Shown one piece after another: positions 1 through 12,937 of a stretch of DNA of 64,000 bases. Within the stretch, counting starts at the first letter, position 1. Every line of letters begins with the position of its first letter. A model generated the notes under the pieces. That model did no database searches, was not told the origin of the DNA, and saw only the letters and a list, made by a program, of their open reading frames with translations. Position numbers and translations under genes: made by a program. The DNA comes from Podarcis gaigeae (Eukaryota), in assembly GCA_964106915.2 (NCBI GenBank), contig OZ066923.1. One strand, 5' to 3'.

Positions 1-2843
1 TCTTGATATGTAATGTTCTACACCCCCTCCATTGAAAGATACAGGTTGTAGACATAGGTAAATGAACCATATCTCATGAACACACTAGCCTCCATTGTGT
101 TTTAATTTTCTGAAGGAAACACAAATCTGGGTTAAGTGCCAAGACCCCTTGAATCTTGTGCTCTGCTCGGCAGAGACTGGGGTGGCCCATAACAATACTT
201 AGGGAAGTAGACACCTACTGTTCCAGCTGACTCTAAATGAAAGACTTAAGCTCCCTTATTGTGCAGTTAAGAATGGTGCAAAAGCAAAGCAAGGGTCACT
301 GGCATAACAGGTGCAGAGCATGGCCAGGCAAGCCAAGATATAGATCCTGCAGTTGACCCTGAGCTGCTATAAGGAGACGCTCTAGAAAGCCCAGCCCAGT
401 CCATTTGTAAAGAACGCGGGAAGGGAGCATGTACTGTTGCTCTTCATTTCTACCCACAGACTCTTTGCACTGCGTTCCCTACCTACAAGGACCTCTCCAT
501 TCATTTGAAGGGGAAAACCATGGTTTATTTGTTTCAGGCACCTAGTCCCCACCCTTTAGCCAAAAAGGCTCTTAGAGCAGCTTTCTAAAATCAGTACTAA
601 GATGGTCCTCTCCCTTGTTATCACCCTCTGAGTCTCAGGGCTCCAGAAAAGGGCCTCAGATGAGGATCTAAGAGTCCTAGTGAATTCATATTTTGCTCAC
701 AAGCCATTTGGATCTGAACTTTGCGACATGAAGTCGCCCTCTGCAAGCACCCCCAGGTACTAGCTTTATTGTTTTTGCAAGAATACCAGAAAAGTAGTGT
801 TTCCTGCACTGTGAAAATGTACCAGTGCCTCTGTGTGTGTAATCCTGACCTTTGTAGTGTTCTATAACATGATCAGTAACAGAGTCACAAACCCACAGGG
901 AACAGGTGTCACGTGGTTCCAATCAGACCAAGCGCACCAAAAAGGTCACTGTCATTTCTAGAATCTTTTGCAAAATGTGTTAGGATTAACCTTTTGAATC
1001 TCAGTTCCATTCTTCTGCCGAGATGCCTGTGCTAAACTGATTGCTATATATCTGAGAGATCTGCCAGATGAGCTAACTCCAATGAATAGTGTTGGGAAAA
1101 TGTTGGGTGTACCAGCCATGACATAACATCTGTCAGATCTCTTTAGCCATGTCAGTCATCACTTGAAGCTGCAATTATCAGGTGATGAGTATGCAGCTGT
1201 GGAACTAGAGGGACTGACAGTTAAAGCACTCTAGTAGTCTAGAATTCCCAGAATGGTTTAACAAACAATCCTTCACAGAGAATTCTGGGAGCTGTAGTTG
1301 GGAATAGGCGTCTCCTAACAACTCTGAGTGCCCTTAACAAACTACAGCTCCTAGAATTCTGTGGAGCAGGCCATGACTGTTTAAAGTGGTATCATGGAGC
1401 TTTAAATGGTATGAATATAGCCTTTGACTCATTTTCAACCATCCTCTTTTAACCCTCTTTTCTTCCCCACTTCTATCAGCATTTTCATACTTTTCTTCTT
1501 GCATTGCTCCAGGCCTCTTGGAACCATCTCCTTTTAAAACTTTCCCATCACTTTCTTCCTCCACTGCAGAATGCTCTCTCCTCTTGTGTGTTCATTTCTC
1601 TTGAAACCATGACTGTCATCTCTTCCTAACACCACAAACTTGGATTACTGACTCAGCCATCTTCCTGAAGCCAGATCTCCCAGTCACTCCATCTTAGAGC
1701 CCTCCCTTCTCCTTGTTCCACCACAGGTCTCTCTGTCCCCATATCTGTTACCGGTATATCCCTTTCCTCTTCCTTCCACATCTCTCTGCATCCCTGTACT
1801 CTCTCAGCCATTCCTCTTTCTTTCCCTCTGCCAGATCTTTCTCTGCTTCAATCTCTCTGTAACCCACTTCAATCCATTTCCCCACTCTGCATCACACACT
1901 TTCTCTTCTCTCTGTAGCACCACAGGCCCTTCTGCAGCTCCATCTCTGTTACTTCCCATGTTTTTACTTTGTCCCTCATCTCCCTGCTGTTCCCTTTTCT
2001 TCCTCCAGCCTGTAGCTTGGTTCTGCTTCTGTCCACCTCTGCATTAACCCAATTCTTCATCATAGACTGCAGCAGGAACATTATACAGGCCATGAATTCC
2101 CCCAGCAGCTCACACTGATGAAGGGATATCAGAACTATCTGAGCTGTGCAGCAGAAGAGTGGCTGGCAACAGCAGACTGGAGAAACTGGCTTTACCATGC
2201 ACATCTGATCCAGAGGAGTGCAGATGCAGAAATCCTTTCATTTATAGTTCCATTTTGAATGGACTTGAGCCGTCTCTGCATATTTCCAGAAAGGCCTGCA
2301 AACAATGGGTGTTTTTCACCCAAAGAACTGCCAATCTAGAAGAACTTGCAATCAACCAATGGACATTATGTTTTTCCACCGAAGGGCCTTTCTAAGTCCT
2401 GTTCTGTCACTGGTGGAAGATGCACCAGCATCATTTAGAAGTGTGCATAGGACACTAGAGGCTGAAAAGGATCCCTCCCTAAGGCTGCAATCCAACCCCA
2501 CTTTCCTGGTAGTAAGCTCCATTGAATTCAACAGAGCTTTGGGTTCAATAGCATTTACTTCTCAGTAGACATGGTTAGGATTGCACTGTAGAATACTAAT
2601 TTAGACCTGCAGACAATTCACTGTAAGAATTCAGCCAAAATTATCATCAACTGCTATGACCCAAAGTGAGCCTTAATGTTAATTCTTACTGCGCTCTAGG
2701 AATGCAGAAGCACCTGAATTCTTCATATAAAAACTAAAAAGCCAGTTGCCAAATATCCAGCCAAATGCTGCACATCATTTAAGTACGTAGGCGGACACAG
2801 AGGTTCAAGCCCATGAATGCAACAGATAAAAACAGGTTTATTA

Positions 2844-2992
2844 TTAGCTCAGTTGATTAGAGCATGGTGCTGATAATGGCAAGGTTGCAGGTTCAATCCC
2901 TGTATAGAATAGCTGCATATTCCTGCATTGCAGGGGATTGGAGTAGATTATTTTCATGGTCCCTTCCAACTCTACCATTCTGTAATTCTATG
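2844..2992 (+). mobile_element. SINE with tRNA-Ile-like head and CR1-type 3' tail
   Basis: TTAGCTCAGTTGATTAGAGCATGGTGCTGATAA...GGTTCAATCC (A/B boxes) followed by GGTCCCTTCCAACTC and an ATTCT(G/A)T tail. Confidence 0.8.
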
Positions 2993-5802
2993 TCCTCCAT
3001 CTAGCTTGCTGCCCTGTTTACCTGGTCTGATTTGCATTGTTGCTGGACCATGAACTCTGACATTATAGCCTTAAAAGTAACAGTGCTAAAACTTGATGCA
3101 TAAGAAACAAGGGAAAAGTCAGGAACGTAATCCTATCATATACATGTCTCCAAATCACACCTCTAATTATCCTTCCTAGATGGCTCATACTACTTTAATC
3201 ATGTCTAAAAGCACTGCTATAGCATAGACTGCAGTTGCTGGAGGTTCTTGGCAAGAATCCATCATAATCACTGCTGGATAAGGTTTTGCCACCTCTCTCT
3301 ATTTTAACATAATTCAGACATAACTTTGATTATTATTATTTAAAAGGCTGGATTTTTGTGATTAACTTCATTTCAGTATTCTGAAGGAGTCTCATCAATG
3401 AAACTGTTGCACACAACTGATGGATGAACGAAAAGTCTTTGCTCAGCAAGAGTCTTAGGAATTAATTATACTGTTGGCAGTGTTTTATGCTTTTAGGCTG
3501 CTTATTAATATTCATGTCTTGTTTCTTTTCATTCCCAGCACCTAAGATATTTGTGCACCTTTAAATTTCTGTTAACCATTTTTAAAGCAACAAATCCCTC
3601 TGTCTTTTGTTTACTTGCTGTGAGGAACACACTCATCCATGCTTGAGATAAAGGGGGAATTGGCATGTGTTACAATTTCATTTGGACTCTGTTCTGGAGT
3701 TCAAATGTTAATTCAAGGCACAGTAAAAGAAAAGAAAAAAATAAACCAATTTATTTTTACAAATTTTGTTTTTCCTTTCTAAAAGCTGCTTTTAAACTGT
3801 CCAACTTCACATCTCATTCAAATTCTGTGGCCTGGTTCTGGCATTTTTTAAGGCAGGCTGGCAAGAGTCTTCATATATATGAAGGACTTTCCCATGCACC
3901 ACACATGCACATAACATCACAGATGATGTTAGCATTCCACATGAATGCCCAATCACACAGATGCTTAATTTCATCAAAAATGGAGGGGAGATTACATTAA
4001 AGAAGGGAAGAGGGTGAACCTGATCTTCCACCATTCAAGGACTGTAAATATTTGATCTGCTCCTCCAGGAATAGGGTGGCAGTAGCTTCAATTAGGAGCT
4101 GCTTTCTTGCTGCAACAAGTTTCCTGCCCATTATGTTTGTACATTGATCAAACTAACAGATCAGGGCTAATGGCATGTTAATAATTAAGGGGAGGTTGCA
4201 TCTGTTTCCCCAGACTAATCATCTCTTGACAGCCGGTGCACAGGAATAAATTAGAGATGATCTCAAATTCTATGGAAAAGAAATATTCCAAAGCGACAGC
4301 AGATTCTCTGTTTCATAAAGTTGCTGGCCTCTTATGATTCAGTCGTTGATTAGCACTGGCAAGAAAGCCAGTTATTCTGCATGTTATTCCATTGACATTG
4401 ATAAAGACCAAATGACTCCTCCCACCACCAGCACGTGGTCCCATTACTGTAAAATGTGTTGTGCATGTGTCATTTGCACATATCCATTGACTTCTGTAAA
4501 AGCTTTTGCTTCTTTGCCCCTCTAATCTAGTATATTGTGAAAAGAAGCAGTAAAGTGCTGCCATAATACTGGGGTGTATTTTCGTTGCTTAGATGATACA
4601 GAAGCCACAGTGAATATAGAGTGACTCCCATTTAATGGATAATGGACGACTCCCATTATCTATAGATTAAGCCTTTATTTCCTAGTGTCTTTCTCTTCCC
4701 AATTGTATCCTGTCATATTGAATAGAGAAGACTCATGTCAAAGTTTGGCTGAAATTCAAGCATCGCATTAAATTCCAGAGAATGGCTTCTGTTGCTTCTC
4801 TCAATGTCTATAATCAGTTACCCCATGTAATTTTGAGACTGTGTTATTCAAAGGAGTTTTTACAATAATATTTCCTTATTGTGGGATTAATGTTACTAAT
4901 TGTGGTTGGAAATCTCCCCTTTTCTTGCTTAGGGTTGTCCCAGCCCTAGATAGGGCTTTGTGTTGAATGTCTGCTCTGACTTCCCTCTCCTGAAACTAAT
5001 TAAAAGGTGACTCTTTCCAGTTGAGCTGCTGTTAACGTTTTGCTCCAGCTGCCCCACACAGGATCCTCTACAATTGCATCCCAAAACTCAAACAAGACAA
5101 GCTTTAGCCATTTGCCATGAGTCATTCTTTATTAAGCTCTTGGTTTTTGTGCCCTTATCTTGTATTCTAGTCAGCCTTGGCTTTAGTTATTTAAGAAGTC
5201 TCAGAATAGCATCTCTTAAAGTCAGGGCATATTTAGACCCAAACCATGTTTATTCCTTTTTAATGTGTCATTCTACGTAGCCAATCCCAGCAGATTCCTT
5301 GTAGCCAAGCTTTCTTTTAATAGGCTAAAGCAGAGATGCAGAATAAATGTGACTATAATAATGTTCCCCTCCCCCAAAAAATATTGGAAACAATTCCTGA
5401 CTGGACCAGGCAATGAAAACAATGACCTCTCCGAATTGGATGCCGCCCCCACAACAATCTGGGGAAATGTTATAAAAATGCTACTGCGGCTGCACTGGGC
5501 TCTCTACACCCCCCCCAAACCCCAGTAACAACTTGGGAACAATAAAGTGTGTGGACGGGGTGGCGATTCTGATAATGCTGTGCTCAGCACCCCCACCCCG
5601 CCCCACCCTCACCTCTCCACGCACACACTTTCCCAAAGCCCCTCCCTGGCCAGAGCAGCTTCCCATTGCTTCCTCTAGGAGGCCAATGGGCACAGTCAAT
5701 CTCAGTCTCCCTTCTCCTTTCAGAAAGCTATTCTATGAGCATCCAAAGCAGAGGAGGTGTAACAGAATCAGCATGTTTCCCGCCCCAAACCCCAAGGGGT
5801 GG

Positions 5803-6172
5803 TGTTATGTAAGGTAAGGTAAAGGGACCCCTGACCATTAGGTCCAGTCGTGACCGACTCTAGGGTTGTGGCGCTCATCTTGCTTTATTGGCCTTCTGAT
5901 CAGCAAGTCCTAGGCTCTGTGGTTTAACCCACAGCGTACTGAGCTTTAATCCAAGAACAATATGCAGGTAGGATCCTAGAATGCAACAACCTGATTGGCC
6001 GGCAGGAGCAGGCCAATTAGGCCCCAGGAGGAAGTGAATCAGCCAATCACACGGGATCCATTATGATAATAATTTATATTAAGCCAAAGGTTTTTTGGGG
6101 GGGTTTCAATGACTGTTCCTATGAGCTGAAATAAAGAGCGTGAAATCACTACTTGACTCTGAGTATATTTCA
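5803..6172 (+). mobile_element. Short solo LTR with nested SINE
   Basis: TGTTATGT...TATATTTCA ends; 5-bp TSD GGTGG (5798-5802, 6173-6177); CCAAT boxes, TATA-like tract, AATAAA 6130-6135. Confidence 0.75.
5812..5936 (-). mobile_element. Sauria SINE, internally deleted (head fused to tail)
   Basis: ACCTT-type tail and 3' stem-loop joined at ~5893 directly to the 5' head sequence. Confidence 0.85.
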
Positions 6173-7401
6173 GGTGGCAAAACTTGGGCAAAAAATTCTT
6201 GCATTGTAGGAGGGTCAGACTACATGGGAATAACAGTACATGGAAGAGCGAGTTCTAGCCAAGCCTGGGTGCCATTCTCTAATGAGCCAGTGGGACAACT
6301 CACATGCTTAATGTTCAGTAGATGCTGAGCCGAGGCTTTAGCCTCAGAAGGCCAATAATTTCCTTTCTCCTTTCTCCTTCAGTGAGCTTAGGTCATGGGT
6401 AGCTGACATGTCACGCTCCAGATGTTGGGGCTGCAATTTCCATCATCTCTGACCACTGGCTGGAGCTGCTGGGAATGGGAGTCTACAACATCTGGAGGGC
6501 ATGGCTTTGGGTGCCCATGGCTTAGGCATGAAATCTAGCGACAGGTAAGTCAAGTCTCTCAAAACTGAGACAGGTGCTACACATTGCCGCAGCAAGTATG
6601 AGTTCCACAAACCATATTTGCCAGGGTAACATGAGTATGGTTTATAAATACTTATAAATAAATGCTGGAATTGAGTAGGGGCGGAGTGAGAGAGCATCTG
6701 CACAGAGAATCAGTGGGTGTGAGGTATAGGTGATTTTGGTAATATTTGATTGGCCTTGTGGGAAATACGATGCTAAACTAAGTAGGCCCTTGGTCTGATC
6801 CTGCGGAACTCTCCTTATATTCTCAATTCTTCACCATTCTCTCTGTTTCTCTTCCACACAGGCTTCCTCCATAACCAGCCTTATTTCTATTCTTGGGGTC
6901 TGGCTGTGGAGAAAATGAAACATGTTCTCCACTAAAACTGCTTTCCCAAACTCACACTAGTGCTAGAAGGCAAACATTCCTCATAAAGTGTGGTTCCGGC
7001 CTAAAGCTTCCCTCACATTTTTGCTAGTTAATAAATGCTATTATCCTGTCCACCACCACCCGCCCCCGTTCTGTGTCTTTTCCAGAAAAGCTTTTTCTGC
7101 AAAGAAGAGCCTGGCTGTTTGCCTTCGACAAAGCCAGAAGAAAATGGAGGAGGGGGAGAGAGAAGAGATGACAAAGCAAGGGCTTTTAAGAAGAAAAATA
7201 GCTACAGCGAGCAATTCCATATGCGTGTGTGTGTGTGTTGCACTTGCAATTTGTTTCAGGTTTCCAAATTATGCTTAGATTGGATCATATTTCAAATCAA
7301 ACATGCAAAATAACAGCTTGTGTGTGTACATGCATGTGAGACTATTAGTACAATGTATGAATGCTCTTATGGGGGTAAAGCTAGTGTTGTTGTTCTTGTT
7401 G

Positions 7402-7402
<1 letters not shown>

Positions 7403-7474
<72 letters not shown>
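7403..7474. repeat. Compound (TA)n(CA)n microsatellite
   Basis: Directly visible. Confidence 0.95.
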
Positions 7475-7477
<3 letters not shown>

Positions 7478-7876
7478 TAGTTATATAAATAGAATCCTGA
7501 AAGACAACAAGGAAACGCCTGCAAAAACACTCATCCTTAAATGTCAACATGCAGTGGAAAAAGTGAAGTCATTTTAAAAGTCAGATGCCCAGGTAGTACA
7601 GTGAAGGCACTGAAAAGAAAACTCAAAAGGCCAAAGTTCAAATCCTGATGGGAAGAAAAAGATTCATGGATGGAGAGCATTTGAAAACTGCCATCTTGTT
7701 GATTCAGTTTGGCATTGGATTTGGCAAATTTCCCCCTCCCTCAAAAAAACGCACACACAAAAAACCACCACAATGCATTAGCACCTTCTCCTTTTATATG
7801 AAATTTGAAACCTGTTGTATTTCTGCTGATACTAGAAGCATGTTAAGATCCCAAGACCTCCCCCAATACCTTTGCA

Positions 7877-9050
7877 TGTTAAGATCCCAAGACCTCCCCC
7901 AATAAATAAAGACACAATTGACACGGAATTTAGTTTAAGGTTATTGGCATAATTTTGGCCACAACTTTATTGATTACAGATCGTGAGTGGTTTGCTTAGG
8001 CATTGGTTCCCGACTAGCTGCACCTGAGCTCAGCAGGACACCATTGACACCTGGACTCCAGCAGACGTCAGTGAGGGAAAACATCCTGGGGGAGCATTGG
8101 ACCAGGTTCAGACTCAAGATCACTCCAGATGCTCCCAGAGACTCTGGCGTGGCCCTAACCCCTGGAAGAGGATCGGACAAAAGGAAGGCGAGGCCCGGAA
8201 TTCCTTTAACAGAATACCCTTTTGCGCATTGGGAGGGGCAGGTGTGACAACCTCCCCTCCCCTCCACCTTGAACCAATGCCTAACCGCCAAACCTTACAA
8301 AGTTGTGACGATTTGCTATGCAGCAGGCGAAGCCAAGTGGCACCAACCAATCAGCCAAGTGGGAAAATTCCTACCAGGCCCCTGTCCCAAGAACAGATGA
8401 CTCACGACGGCATAGCAAGGTCATAAAGGTAAAGGTACCCCTGCCCGTACGGGCCAGTCGTGTCCGACTCTGGGGTTGTGCGCCCATCTCACTTAAGAGG
8501 CCGGGGGCCAGCGCTGTCCGAAGACACTTCCGGGTCACGTGGCCAGCGTGACGAAGCTGCTCTGGCGAGCCGGCACCAGCGCAGCACACGGAAACGCCGT
8601 TTACCTTCCCGCTAGAAAGCGGTACCTATTTATCAATTTGCACTTTAGGGGTGCTTTCGAACTGCTAAGTGGGCAGGAGCTGAGACCGAACGACGGGAGC
8701 TCACGGGGGATTCGAACCGCTGACCATGCGATCGACAAGCCCTAGGTGCTGAGCATTTACCCACAGCGCCACCTGCGTCCCTATAGCAAGGTCATAATGA
8801 ACCCTAAATGTAGGGAGGGTGGGCGGGTGATCCGGTGCATGAGGGGAAAAGAGGAAGCTCAATGCAATGTGCAGCGGTATATATGGGTCCCTCAGTTAAT
8901 GCATGAAACCCATTGGCCAGAAATACCCCAGCAACCGAGGGACCACCAATCGGGTTGTTGTGGCTATCCAATCGCTCCCACCCACAACAGCAGTGCGGTC
9001 AGTCTTGATTATCTCACCGCAATGCGTGCGGGGATCCTCCCCAATTTACA
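7877..9050 (-). mobile_element. LTR-like element copy A (structured-R family), interrupted by a Sauria SINE
   Basis: Minus strand reads TGTAAA...TTAACA; TATA near 8878-8884; AATAAA 7966-7971; homologous to 12490-12937, 13575-14195 and 47553-48330; no TSD found. Confidence 0.6.
8427..8782 (-). mobile_element. Sauria SINE, full length
   Basis: Head and (ACCTTT)n tail present; 15-bp TSD ATAGCAAGGTCATAA (8412-8426, 8783-8797). Confidence 0.93.
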
Positions 9051-12000
9051 CAATTTGTGATCCTCCCCAATTTACAAATTTATGAACCTTGCCTGCTTTC
9101 CTTCCTCTTTACCTAGCAGTGCAGGTAGCCAGGCTGGAGACCTCTCTGTTCCTCCCTCCCTCCTTGATACTTTGAATACATCAAAGGCAGCATTCAAGGC
9201 AGTAGGTGCTTCGGGGGATGCAGTTTCCAGGGCACCTGAAGTCTATATTTAAGGACTCAGTCGCCTTTAAGAACTACATTTCCTGGGCAGTGCTCAAGCT
9301 GAAGGGCCTTTTCCCTTCATTGGGAAAGGCCCTTCAAAGCCACCATATTATCTGGGCAGTCTGTTTAATGCAGAGCTTGGACCTTGGGGGCAAATGCCAC
9401 TATCTTCCCAGCATTACAGGCTAGACTAGTTTGTATTCTGAGCTAGGCCTTGGGTATCATTGCAGCTTGGGGTATCAGATTTAATCTAAACAACCCCCTG
9501 CCTTTGAATCCGGGGTAGTGGGAAAACTAATACGAGAATTCTGTTGAATATGAAAAGTATTTTGACTATCTGTATCAGCACTAGTTAGTATATACATATT
9601 TTACAATTGTGATTTAAAAAACCGTTTCTGCAAGTTGCTTTGCCATAAAAAAGTGTAAAAAGATGGCTCTGTTTGGGAAAGGCTTATTTCCAGAGTATTA
9701 TATGCTCTCGTAAACTATGCCCTGTGATATACTGTGGGCCCTTTCTGTTTATTAGATCTACACAAAGCCTCATACTTCAAAATGGCAACAATAAACTTTA
9801 TGGAGATGATTAAATTGCATCTAATTCCACCAAACCGTTTTTGACCAGCCTTCACCTTTGGCTGACAGTGCTCTAAAATATTTATATGGGCCGGGATTTA
9901 TACCTTAACTGCATGCAAGTACAAAACCAGCTTAGCTTAGGGGATGAGTTATTTAGGAAATAGGTCCTTTAATCCTCAAAAGAACACCGAAATCAGCAGC
10001 CTGTCATGAATAGCTGTCACTACTCTACTGCTTAGACCTCATATCTTTGAAAAGGATCTAACTACCAAGATTAGGTTTGACAACTCTCGTGCAAGGATCC
10101 TCAAGCGCTTTTTTCAATCTTGAGAAACTTAAGGTTGTTCAAAAGTCTGCAGACATGCAGTTCAACAGGTATGATTCTGCATCCCTATGAAAAGACACTC
10201 AGTGTTAGTCTTTACGGTGCCACAAGACTCCTTCGTGAATTCAAGGACAGGTCTATTCAAATTAGCACACTGTCATTTTTATAAACTGCGGAAATGTCTC
10301 CTGTGGTCCACAGTCCTCACAATAACTCAGACATCGAGGGATGTGTGAAATGGGCCATCACAGATGCAACGCGACAGGCAAAACATTTCCGCATCACCTC
10401 AAACACAATGCCTTACAATGTTGTTGGTTCATGCATTCAGCTGACTGACATCAATCGTACAATTACCAAGGTGTGACGCCCCATTTGCATTGTAAGGTCT
10501 GAAAGACCCTCTGTTTCAGCAGCTGGTCATGTGGAGGGAGGGCTCTCTCCATCTGAGAAGGAACTCTGCTTTTGCCGACTGCATAGTTTTAAGAGCTCCC
10601 AATACTAAATGCAAGGAAGTCAGGGTACGCCACACACACCAAACAAACATACAGGGCCAGATTTTAAAAAATTAAGGGATGTGCATGCAACATGCGAAGA
10701 ACTCAATAACTTCTTTCTTCTCTGTAAAATGGTGAAAGATGCTTTTCTTAGTGCATGGATTTTTATTTGAAAATCCTCAAGAAACGCAGTATCATTGAAG
10801 CGACAGATGTTATTCCTTGCATACAGCAAACTGACTTTGTTTATAAGTCCTCACCTTTCTTTCTTTTTACTAAAGCAGACAACTCTGTTGAGTTCTAGAA
10901 AGGTGACAGCACTGTCTAAAACAGGAAGATTGCAGAAAAGGATATCCCAGGCTGTGTAGCAAGAAGTGCTGACTTGATATGTTGAAATCGCTCCGAAATC
11001 CCTGCTATTAGGCTTGAATGATTTGGGGTGTCATGGAAAGGCAGCAAGTAGTTCTTTATACGGGGTTGTTGTTTTCCATTTTTCCTGCCTATGCAGGAGA
11101 GAAGTGATGGTGGGAATTTTCTGCCTGGAGAGTCAAAATGACTTCACCAGCCTTGGGTACCAAGGTTGGAGAAAGCATTTGCTCCTCTGGCTTGGGCTGC
11201 AAAGTGTCTTGCACTGACTTTGCACTACGCAGTTCATATTACTTTGAAAAGTCGTGGGCTCCTTCACTGGCAGCTGTAGTTTGTTACAGGTGCTGAGAGT
11301 GGCTAGAAGACACCTAGTTCCTTCACAGAGCTACAGTTCTCAGAGTGCTTTAACAAATACCTCTTCACAGAGAATTCTGGGAATTGTAGTTCTCTGAGGA
11401 TATTAGAATAATAGAAGCATAGAACTGTTGATTGGGTAGGGAACCAGAGGGCTATCTAGCCCATCCTGCAAGGCACCGTCCCCCATCCAATTTAAAATAT
11501 TTTTGGACTCTGATTAACTTTGCAAATATTCTAGCAGTTTTATTGCTGCACAACTCTCAGCACACCTAGCAAACTACAGATCCCAGAATTATTTGGGGGA
11601 AGCCGCAACTGTTTAAAGTGGTATTATATTTTTTTTAAAAATGTATAATGTAGCTGGAACCTTGGTAAGAGATTTCACTCAGCCAAAATTCTCTAGTGTT
11701 TTTAAAGTGGTAAGTGGAAGGAAGACACTGCACCACTCTTTAAAAAAAATAAATCTTCCAAACCCAATAAAGAAGCACAGGATTAGCAGAAAAAGAATTC
11801 CTTAATAAACAGATGGTGATACTGCAAGTCATTTCAAGATACTAACAAACATACTTGTATATTTATTTTTATTTTCTATCTAGCTTGAGGCAATGATACA
11901 TTTGGCTTTTCATTTGACATTCATAAGATCACTTTATGGACATTATCATTCCTTGTTCTCAGTTTGAGTGAGAAAGTGCCCTCAGGACAAGCATATTTTC

Positions 12001-12489
12001 ATGCCAGAATTCTTAAAGGAATATGCCCTGCCTTTCTTAGATAAAAGAAGTGCCCCAGATCCTGACACTAGACCTCTGGGTTCACTATGGAATTATTGCA
12101 TTCTGCTCTTTCAACGCAGGCTGGTGAATGGACTGAACAACCTTGCGAATTTGGGACTGAATGACAAGGGGACATTGGTCTGCAACATGTTCACAATGCA
12201 GGTATCTGCAATGTTCTGTGCAATTAACAAAATCAGCGAAGCTTTCATGATGAAATGGCCAAGAGGAAACAAGTTGGAAGGGGAAGCAAATCACATGAGA
12301 GGCTTGGATTTCACTGTATACTTGATTTTCAGAGGGATTTGGGCATGCCTATTTTCTTGATATGGCACTAGGAAATCTACGAAAAAAACCATCCATTTTA
12401 TCCGGTGTGCACAAAGTGGTGAGTGACAAAAGAGTTTTGCAGACATTGGTTAATTTGCATAGTTAATGTGCTAATGTGGCAGTTGAGTC

Positions 12490-12937
12490 CCTGGATTCCT
12501 TTAATGGAATACCCTTCACGTAGGGATGGCGAGAGCATTCTCCCATCCCTATCACCTGAACCAGCGCCTATCCGCAACCTTACAAGTTGTGATGAATTGC
12601 TACGTGGCAGGCGAAACCCAAATGGCAACAGCCAATCACCCAAGTGGGGAAATTCCTGCCATGCCCCTGTCTCAACGATAGACGACGGCATAGCAAGGTC
12701 AAGCACAAAGCCCTAAAAGTGGGGAGAGGTGGGCAGGTGTTCTGAATGCATGCACCGAAAGAGGAAGCTCTGGGTCACGTGCCTAGGTATATATAGGTCC
12801 CTCGGTCCATTTAGACTGCACCCCACTGGCCAGATTAATCCCAGCAACAAGGGACCTACCAATCGGGTGTTGTGGCTAACCGATCTATCCACCCACAACA
12901 CAGGGTGTCAGTCTCCAGGTTTCACCGCAACACGTGC
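12490..12937 (-). mobile_element. LTR-like element copy B (truncated)
   Basis: Colinear with 8195-9030 once the SINE is removed; TATATATA near 12789. Confidence 0.65.

Noticed and set aside
2844-2915. tRNA-Ile gene
   Set aside because: Degenerate cloverleaf fused to a CR1-type tail; it is a SINE head.
7275-7577. ORFs with CVCV/YIYI/THTH runs (also at 16242-16920 and 43232-43562)
   Set aside because: Translations of dinucleotide microsatellites.
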